Source of the DNA: a virus
IMG/VR virus record: IMGVR_UViG_3300032053_000041
Location: 12,229-76,228 of that record
Strand: one strand, 5' to 3'
DNA length: 64,000 bases
This document shows, piece by piece, positions 57,744 through 64,000 of this stretch (its first letter is position 1; the number at the start of each line of letters is the position of its first letter). Both the position numbers and the translations under genes were made by a program. The notes under the pieces were generated by a model. That model was not told the DNA's origin. It searched no databases and was given only the letters and a program-made list of their open reading frames with translations.

Positions 57744-58160
57744 TCAGCGATCCTCCAGGACGTGTACATCTGCGGCCGCAAGCTCGTAGTACATGCCGTT
57801 CGAGAGCGACCGGATCAGCACTCGCGTCGAGCCGACACCGATGTCGTACACGTCCACGACGCGCCCGATGTACTCGTCGGAGTACGGTACGAAGGCGGTT
57901 GTTGCCGTCGCGGCAACGGCGACACCAACGACGACCTTGTCCAGATAGATGTTCGCGATCAACGAAGGCGTCGCCACGATCTCGTCGAGGAACGTGTCGT
58001 TGGTCGTCAGTAGCCGACCGTCTTCCATCAGCGCGACCACGACCGGAGCAGCGTAGCTCTGCACCACCCCGACGAGCGGCGGCTGCGGATTCACGGAGCC
58101 AGAGGACAGTCCCAGCCCAGCGAGCTTGACGCGGGCGCGTACACCGGGAGCGAACGCCAT
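57744..58160 (-). CDS. hypothetical protein, paralog of 57294
   Basis: S.EY.G.VV..Y motif shared. Confidence 0.6.
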   Translation of the reverse strand: MAFAPGVRARVKLAGLGLSSGSVNPQPPLVGVVQSYAAPVVVALMEDGRLLTTNDTFLDEIVATPSLIANIYLDKVVVGVAVAATATTAFVPYSDEYIGRVVDVYDIGVGSTRVLIRSLSNGMYYELAAADVHVLEDR

Positions 58161-58169
58161 CCCCAGAGG

Positions 58170-58832
58170 CTACTGGGCGTCGCCTGTCGGGTCAAGAAGC
58201 GCAGGAAGTCCCATGTTATAGCGGTCTTCGTCGTCGAACATCATCCCGGCCTGCACCAGAGGGATGCCCGCGTGCCCCCCGCTCAGCGCCTCCATGACCA
58301 GGCCCCTGACGATGAGCGTGGCCTGTGTCCCGCGCCCGATCGCTCTGCGCATCAGAGCGCGCTTCGCTCCCTGCGGGATCACCGCGGCCTCCTTCAAGCA
58401 GTGCGCTCGGTAGCCGCGGAGACGCTTCCCCTTCCAGACCCATGTCTTCAGCGGCTGCGGCTCATGCGTCCCGAGCAAGTACTCGTGAATCAAGCTACGC
58501 AGAAGCGCCGGACCATGTACGCCGCGCCGCTCGCACTCCTCCTTCCACGCGGCGAACACGTCCGGCGGCATCCAGAGCAGGTACTGGTACAAGCGAGCAG
58601 AGTCGTCGATCACTCGCTGCAGGTGTCTGTTCCTCCGATTCGACATCGGAGGAGCGAGTCCCTTCTCGTGCAGAGCCACACGCGCCTGTGCCCTCACCTC
58701 CAGCAGCAGGTCGGGGTCTACGCCCAGCTGCTTCGCGAGCGGGTCGATCTCGTCGTCCGAGAGCCGGATGGTGGCGTACCTCATCCCGAGGAGGCGCGCG
58801 GCCAGCCACTCCCGGAACGCCTGGGACTTCAC
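58170..58832 (-). CDS. possible tandem RHH regulator
   Basis: two strand-helix-helix-like units (LLRSLIHEYL; IVRGLVMEAL). Confidence 0.4.
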   Translation of the reverse strand: MKSQAFREWLAARLLGMRYATIRLSDDEIDPLAKQLGVDPDLLLEVRAQARVALHEKGLAPPMSNRRNRHLQRVIDDSARLYQYLLWMPPDVFAAWKEECERRGVHGPALLRSLIHEYLLGTHEPQPLKTWVWKGKRLRGYRAHCLKEAAVIPQGAKRALMRRAIGRGTQATLIVRGLVMEALSGGHAGIPLVQAGMMFDDEDRYNMGLPALLDPTGDAQ

Positions 58833-58834
58833 GA

Positions 58835-59176
58835 CTACTGCGTGACGATCCGCGACTGATGGATGTGCGTGCAGTACACGACATCGGCAGGCTTGAGCGC
58901 GACCATCGCGAAGTCACTCCCGTGGCCGGTCGGCATCTGGACGACGAGCATCACGCCTCCGCACCCGTCCGGCTCCACATGCAGCACACCGCTCAGCACG
59001 GGCACTGCGCGCACGCCGCCGGACGACTCGTCCTGCGTCGCCTGGTAGGCATACGTGCAGCCGATGTACGGCTCCCGCAGCTGCATCATCACCGGCTTCT
59101 CGTTGAAGGCGAACCACCCCGTAGGACGCTCGCCGACGTTCTCGTTTACCTGCTCTGCTTGTGCTTCACCGGACAT
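58835..59176 (-). CDS. hypothetical protein
   Basis: 113-aa ORF in operon. Confidence 0.55.
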   Translation of the reverse strand: MSGEAQAEQVNENVGERPTGWFAFNEKPVMMQLREPYIGCTYAYQATQDESSGGVRAVPVLSGVLHVEPDGCGGVMLVVQMPTGHGSDFAMVALKPADVVYCTHIHQSRIVTQ

Positions 59177-60287
59177 GTTTCTCTGCCTCCTGTATCATGC
59201 GCCGGATCGCCGGCACGTTCTTGTTTTCCCAAGACCACGCGGACGCGATGGCCTCTGCGTTTTGCTCTGCGCGTTCCGCGAGGGACTCCCAGGCCACGAA
59301 CGCCGACGCCAGCGCGTCCCGGATCGCCATCTGCGTGACGATCGGAGCCATCGAACCAGGGAAGTCGTCCATCGGGGCGAGCGCGTGGTGCTCGACGATG
59401 ACGGTCCCAGGCGGCCTGATCCCGAGGTACTCGGCGTGGCCGGTACATGCCGTAGCGATGATCGGAACGCCGCAAGCCAGCGCCTCCAGGGGGACCATGC
59501 CGAAGCCTTCCCCTCGCGACGGCTGACAGACGGCGTGCATCGAGCCGTACATGCCTGCGACTCCGGCCTGGTCGTAGACGAGCCCTGGGGACACCTGGAT
59601 GTCGTCGTCGCCCAGGTTGAGATCCTCGCACCACCAGCGGAGCTTGGACATGTGCTGTGGGTTCATCGCCACGAACAGCTTGGCGCTCTTGGGCAGGAAG
59701 CCCTCCAACTTCGCCTGCTTCCAGGCGCGGAGCAGGAGCTTCGTGCCCTTGCGCTCCGTCTCACTGCTCGTCATGTGCAGCACGTTGAACTGCCCGAGTC
59801 GAAAAGACGTCCGCGCGGCGTCGCGCGCCTCCCGGTCGATCTTGTGTACCTCTGGAGAGACCCCGTGCGGGGCCACGACCACCGGCATGGTGGCTGGCGC
59901 CGCACGACGGAGCACGGCAGCAGCCCATGCGCTCGGGGCAAGGAGACCGCCGGTTAGCAGCCCGCGAGGCAGCACGTCGGACGGAGCCAGCAGCGCCTCC
60001 ATCAGCCCCTTCGGGAGACTCTCGCTGTTCGGGGCGAGCAGGAGCCAGTGTGAGCGGTGCGAGCCCATGCGGTGCGCCTGCATGAGCCCCATCGGAGCCC
60101 CGATGTTCAGGGACACCGGGGCGTCCGGCCCGAGCGCCTCCTCCCATTCGTCCGCGTCGCGGTCGATGGGGCAAAAGCCCGCGAACTCGCCAGCCGCTTC
60201 CAACGCCCGGCACATGCCCCGAGTGACCTGCGGGAACGAGTGCTCTCCTCGCGAGTGACCGTAGATGCGGACGCGGGGCTCGCTCAC
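59166..60287 (-). CDS. glycosyltransferase family 4 (GT-B)
   Basis: RKG, PSRGEGFGMVPLEALACGVPII. Confidence 0.85.
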   Translation of the reverse strand: MSEPRVRIYGHSRGEHSFPQVTRGMCRALEAAGEFAGFCPIDRDADEWEEALGPDAPVSLNIGAPMGLMQAHRMGSHRSHWLLLAPNSESLPKGLMEALLAPSDVLPRGLLTGGLLAPSAWAAAVLRRAAPATMPVVVAPHGVSPEVHKIDREARDAARTSFRLGQFNVLHMTSSETERKGTKLLLRAWKQAKLEGFLPKSAKLFVAMNPQHMSKLRWWCEDLNLGDDDIQVSPGLVYDQAGVAGMYGSMHAVCQPSRGEGFGMVPLEALACGVPIIATACTGHAEYLGIRPPGTVIVEHHALAPMDDFPGSMAPIVTQMAIRDALASAFVAWESLAERAEQNAEAIASAWSWENKNVPAIRRMIQEAEKHVR

Positions 60288-60685
60288 GCTCGTGCCTTCA
60301 CCTGGCGGAGCTTGCCCTGCGTGTGAATCCATCCCAGGAAGTTGAACACGGCGAAGTTCGTGTTCGGCATCTCGTGCTGCATGAGTCCGCTGCGCCGCAG
60401 GAGCTTCTGCTTCACAGGCTCCGGCATGAGTCGCTTGGCCTCGACGCGCTTCATCGCATCGACGAAGGCGTCACTGAACACAGGTCCGGTTGGGTCAGCC
60501 ATGTCGTCCTCTGTCTCCGGCGATGTACGTCGCCAGTTCCGCCACCGCATCGATCAGGTAGTTCAATGCTTCCTCTTGACCATCGCCGTCGATGCCCATG
60601 CAGGACCTAGCGCGGTTGAGCGACTTGAATATATCCACCATGTCCTCCGGCGGGATCCAGTCGCGGCTGTCGGGCTGCTTGTCCT

Positions 60686-61315
60686 TCATCGCAACCCAGT
60701 TGGTTTACAAGGAAGTCCGCCGAACGGAACCGTGTACGTTTCCTCGCCCGGTGACCCGCCCCACTTTCGGATGAAGTGCTCGTGACTCCGCACGGAGCCC
60801 CGCCTGATGACCCACGCCTCCGAAGAGGTGCGCAGCGTCAGCGAGCGGTCGTGCTTGTACGGCGCATCCACCACGATCGGTTCGATACCCGCAAGCGATG
60901 CTCGTCTCGCGTAGTCCAAGTCCTCGTAGTAGGCCGGCCAGAACTGCTCGTCGTACCAGCCGATCCTGGCGACAGCTTCCGACGTCTGCGCGAACAGATC
61001 CCAGCCGGCCGGCGAGAGAGCGAGGCACGACTTTGCGATAGCCTCGACGAACCGAGCGAATGTGTCCTGCTCGAACTCGATGTCGTCGTTGGAGATCACC
61101 ATCGTCTCGCCGCTCCGAAGAAGCATGTTCCACGAGGCGGCAACGCCGAGGTTCCTGCCTGGTCGGATCAGTTCGACGTTCTGCGCCTTCGGCTCGTACC
61201 CTCCGCCGTTGTCGATGATGACGTACCCGTCGGGCTTCTCGCTGCCACGTTCCGCAGACGCGATCAGCCGATCGAGCGCCTCGTAGCAGCAGAGCGTGGG
61301 GACGCCCAGCCTCAC
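60686..61315 (-). CDS. glycosyltransferase family 2 (GT-A)
   Basis: IIDNG, NLGVAASWN, SNDD, YYEDLDY. Confidence 0.85.
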   Translation of the reverse strand: MRLGVPTLCCYEALDRLIASAERGSEKPDGYVIIDNGGGYEPKAQNVELIRPGRNLGVAASWNMLLRSGETMVISNDDIEFEQDTFARFVEAIAKSCLALSPAGWDLFAQTSEAVARIGWYDEQFWPAYYEDLDYARRASLAGIEPIVVDAPYKHDRSLTLRTSSEAWVIRRGSVRSHEHFIRKWGGSPGEETYTVPFGGLPCKPTGLR

Positions 61316-62670
61316 CCGAACCCCCCTGCCGCCATGAGTTTCTCGTACGCCTCCGGGAACCGCTCCTCGATCCGTTTCGCCATCATGTCCCCGACGGCCC
61401 CGAACCCGTACTTTCGGTAGAACTCCGGTGGGTGAATGCGGCGCTGCGGCGGCTGCGCTTCGCGCAAAGACAAACGGAGAGAAAGGACGTCGCACTTCGC
61501 CCAGCGCGCGTTCGACTCCCATCCGTACCCCGGATGCACGGGCTCCATCGGCACGAAACCGGTCCAGACGCCGCTGTCTCCGTCGCCGGCAAAGTCCGCC
61601 GGACCGCCCCAGCCCGTGTAGACCATGCGGTTGCCGGCGCAGCGCGCATCGAACGCCGGGATGTCCCACGCCTCCGCGTGCGAGCACGTGACGTAGATGT
61701 TGTTGTCCCGGTGCAGCTGCGCGATCTTCTCGTCCGGGATCTTCTTCGACAGCACGCGAACGCGCTTGCCGTAGTTCCGCCGCGTCCAGCCCTTCGCCTG
61801 TACCTTTGGATCGGCGAGCCACTTCGCGATGGACTCCTCCACGGACGGGTAGTTCTCCCAGGAGCCCCACTCGTACGTCTTGATGAAGAGCGACGTCCGC
61901 TCCTTCGGCGAGAACTCCTGCAGGAACGCCCCGAGGAGAGCGTCGTAGTTCTTCCGTGGCTCCCACTTGCCGATGGCGTAGAACCGCTTCCCATCCGGCA
62001 CAGTCTCCGAACCGCGGGGCGCGGACACCTGGCAGGCGAGGCTCGTGTCCGGATCGTAGGGCATCGGGATCGCGTAGACGCGCTCGACACCTGCTCGCTT
62101 GAAGATGTCCACGCACCACTCGCCGTGGACCCATGTCTCCGCGCAGCGGTTCAAGACCTCCACGATGGCGGGGGCCACCGTCGTGCGCTCCCACGGCGTG
62201 TAGACGATGGTTGACCGGTAGACCCCGACCTCGTTCGAGAACCCGGACATCCGAGCGCCCGCGGGGGCGACCGTGTTCTCCAGGAACGTCGAGCCGTGGA
62301 TCACGAGTTGGCGAATCGCCACCGACACAGACCCCACGGACGTGTCGCGCATGTACCCGACGCTCGCGCGGACGCCAGGGTCCACGTCGTCCTCCATCAT
62401 AAACTTCGGTCTGTGCAGACGCCGAAGCATCACCGGGAGCCCCGTGCGCGCCAGGGCCTTTGCCTGAGCGCGCCCGTGCCGGGCCAGCCCGTCCTCCAGG
62501 ACGTCCCAGCCCGCCTGGAACTCGATGCCGCACGGAAGCAGAGCGTCTGTGCCGGGGGCCACGACGGGGCGGGCAAGCTCTTCATCGGTGGGAGCCTGCG
62601 CTGCTCCGTCGCCGTCCAAGACGGAAGACGGGGAGCGGAAGGCAGCTAGCTGTTCAGTGAGTTCCGACAT
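61312..62670 (-). CDS. glycosyltransferase family 4-like
   Basis: KWEPRKN, SHAEAWDIPAFDA. Confidence 0.8.
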   Translation of the reverse strand: MSELTEQLAAFRSPSSVLDGDGAAQAPTDEELARPVVAPGTDALLPCGIEFQAGWDVLEDGLARHGRAQAKALARTGLPVMLRRLHRPKFMMEDDVDPGVRASVGYMRDTSVGSVSVAIRQLVIHGSTFLENTVAPAGARMSGFSNEVGVYRSTIVYTPWERTTVAPAIVEVLNRCAETWVHGEWCVDIFKRAGVERVYAIPMPYDPDTSLACQVSAPRGSETVPDGKRFYAIGKWEPRKNYDALLGAFLQEFSPKERTSLFIKTYEWGSWENYPSVEESIAKWLADPKVQAKGWTRRNYGKRVRVLSKKIPDEKIAQLHRDNNIYVTCSHAEAWDIPAFDARCAGNRMVYTGWGGPADFAGDGDSGVWTGFVPMEPVHPGYGWESNARWAKCDVLSLRLSLREAQPPQRRIHPPEFYRKYGFGAVGDMMAKRIEERFPEAYEKLMAAGGFG

Positions 62671-62676
62671 GTGCTC

Positions 62677-62952
62677 TCAGTTCAGGCCCGGGTCACGCTT
62701 CGGCTTTTTGCTCTTGCTATTTCGCTGCTCCTTTTCGCGAATAACTTGATCGAGCGCCGAACGCAGCATCTTCTGGTACGCGGGGGTCATCAGGTTCTTC
62801 GACAGCGTGTCGAACATCGCGAACACGTGCTCCAGTGAGAGCGTGACTGTCACCGTCCCCTGGGCCATCTTGCTCTTCGCCCACGGCGCCGGCTTGCCGA
62901 TGCGGTGCACCGTGCGCTTGCTCTTCTTCGAGACCTTCTTCTTTGTTGCCAT
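62677..62952 (-). CDS. basic hypothetical protein
   Basis: MATKKK start. Confidence 0.5.
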   Translation of the reverse strand: MATKKKVSKKSKRTVHRIGKPAPWAKSKMAQGTVTVTLSLEHVFAMFDTLSKNLMTPAYQKMLRSALDQVIREKEQRNSKSKKPKRDPGLN

Positions 62953-62982
62953 CACTTCGTCTCCTGTTCCTGTGCACACGAG

Positions 62983-63294
62983 CTACTTCGTGTGCGTTCC
63001 CTCGACCTCGCGTGCCTCGCGATCTGCCGTGCGCTTCTGCAGCCACAGCAGCGCCGTCTCCAGGTGCGTGAGCGCGATGGCGTTCTCACGGCACGAGAAC
63101 TTCGACGCCTGGTAGAATGCGATGCGCTGGATGGTCGCCTGCACGACGCCCTCCACGAACGCGCCGTTCGGCTTCTGACGGTCGTCGCCACGTCCGAGTG
63201 GGCCATCCTGCCAGTCGATAACGAGGCCCGTACCTCGCACGGTGCCGCCGGTCGGGTTGCCGTTGTCGTCCTTGTTGTTCTTGCACTCGATCAT
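62983..63294 (-). CDS. Acb2/Tad1-like helical hairpin protein
   Basis: Q.GP...NG...E...RI..YQ..F.CREN.IALTHLETALLWL..R. Confidence 0.55.
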   Translation of the reverse strand: MIECKNNKDDNGNPTGGTVRGTGLVIDWQDGPLGRGDDRQKPNGAFVEGVVQATIQRIAFYQASKFSCRENAIALTHLETALLWLQKRTADREAREVEGTHTK

Positions 63295-63298
63295 GGGC

Positions 63299-63595
63299 TC
63301 ACTCCTCCTCGATCACGCCGAGCACGTCGTCTTCAGCCATGAAGATCAAGTCCTCGTCGCCGCGGCTCTCGACCTCCGAGCCGCTGTACTTGCCGAACAC
63401 GATGCGGTCACCGACCTTCAGCGTCGTCTCGATGAAGTGCCCATGCGCGGACATCTTCCCGCGCCCCGCCGCGACCACGGTGCCCTTCGTGAGCTTGTCC
63501 TTCGCCGAGTCGGGGATGACGATGCCTCCCTTGGTCACGTCGGTTGGAGGGTCACGGCGAACTTGAACAAGATTGTTGAGCGGTCTGATCTTCAT
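63299..63595 (-). CDS. groES: co-chaperonin GroES
   Basis: IRPL....V, TKGGIVIPDSAK.K...G.VVAAG.G, GD.IVF.KYSG.E. Confidence 0.9.
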   Translation of the reverse strand: MKIRPLNNLVQVRRDPPTDVTKGGIVIPDSAKDKLTKGTVVAAGRGKMSAHGHFIETTLKVGDRIVFGKYSGSEVESRGDEDLIFMAEDDVLGVIEEE

Positions 63596-63740
63596 GTGTT
63601 TTCCTTCTGTTCCTGTGCTGCGGAGGTTCGGGCTCACCGCCGCAGTACAGCGGGTCCATCCCCAGAATCTCTCGTACCGCGTCCACCATTCGGCGGGTCT
63701 GCTTCGTCTCCTCCGGAAGCCGCTGCGACAACACCATCGC

Positions 63741-63998
63741 TCAGACTTCCTCGACTTTGCTGTCCGCGATCTTCACCGCCCACGTGCAGCCGAAGTTCGA
63801 GCAACGCAGAATCTCGTCCTGTGCGTTGATCGTTCCGCAGATCCGAATCCCCATCATCTGATTGTGGAACGGGTCGAACACCGGCACGACCTCGCCCGCA
63901 CGCTTCGTGTCGAGTTGCCATCGCCTGTGCGACTTCTTCACCATGATCTGTGCCGAGCCGTGCGGCTCTCCGCGTTCCAGGCACTTCGGACAGACCAT
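63741..63998 (-). CDS. Zn-binding hypothetical protein (may extend past the window edge)
   Basis: CxxC...C...C..C. Confidence 0.45.
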   Translation of the reverse strand: MVCPKCLERGEPHGSAQIMVKKSHRRWQLDTKRAGEVVPVFDPFHNQMMGIRICGTINAQDEILRCSNFGCTWAVKIADSKVEEV

Positions 63999-64000
63999 CG

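Overview
High-GC (roughly 65-70% by eye), densely packed 64 kb segment of a large bacteriophage-like element. A Gly-rich lipoprotein weakly suggests a myxobacterial host. No rRNA, full tRNA, CRISPR array or host housekeeping operon was seen, and no terminase, portal or HK97 capsid was recognised. Blocks: (i) 1-11 kb: small hypothetical genes, an NPPF DNA methyltransferase and a ~2.8 kb array (5726-8746) of 10-11 short gene cassettes. Every cassette joint is the same octamer RTGAAGCA, and one 213-bp cassette is duplicated exactly from joint to joint. (ii) 11-28 kb: putative virion/lysis region with collagen fibre, a four-member paralog family, M23/M15/SLT/SGNH hydrolases and two GNAT-like paralogs. 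(iii) 28-36 kb: accessory genes. (iv) 36-52 kb: putative early region transcribed divergently from ~40.85 kb, with a 7-copy 21-bp promoter-like motif, a MoxR AAA+/VWA/SWIM module, a 50-nt tRNA-like mini-structure and a histone-deacetylase-family gene. (v) A 1432-aa tyrosine recombinase. (vi) Glycosyltransferases, an Acb2/Tad1-like protein and GroES. The best candidate for an undescribed system is an integron/shufflon-like, translationally self-coupling cassette array with a 7-bp TGAAGCA core, possibly acted on by the giant recombinase. All calls come from reading motifs by eye; no searches were run.
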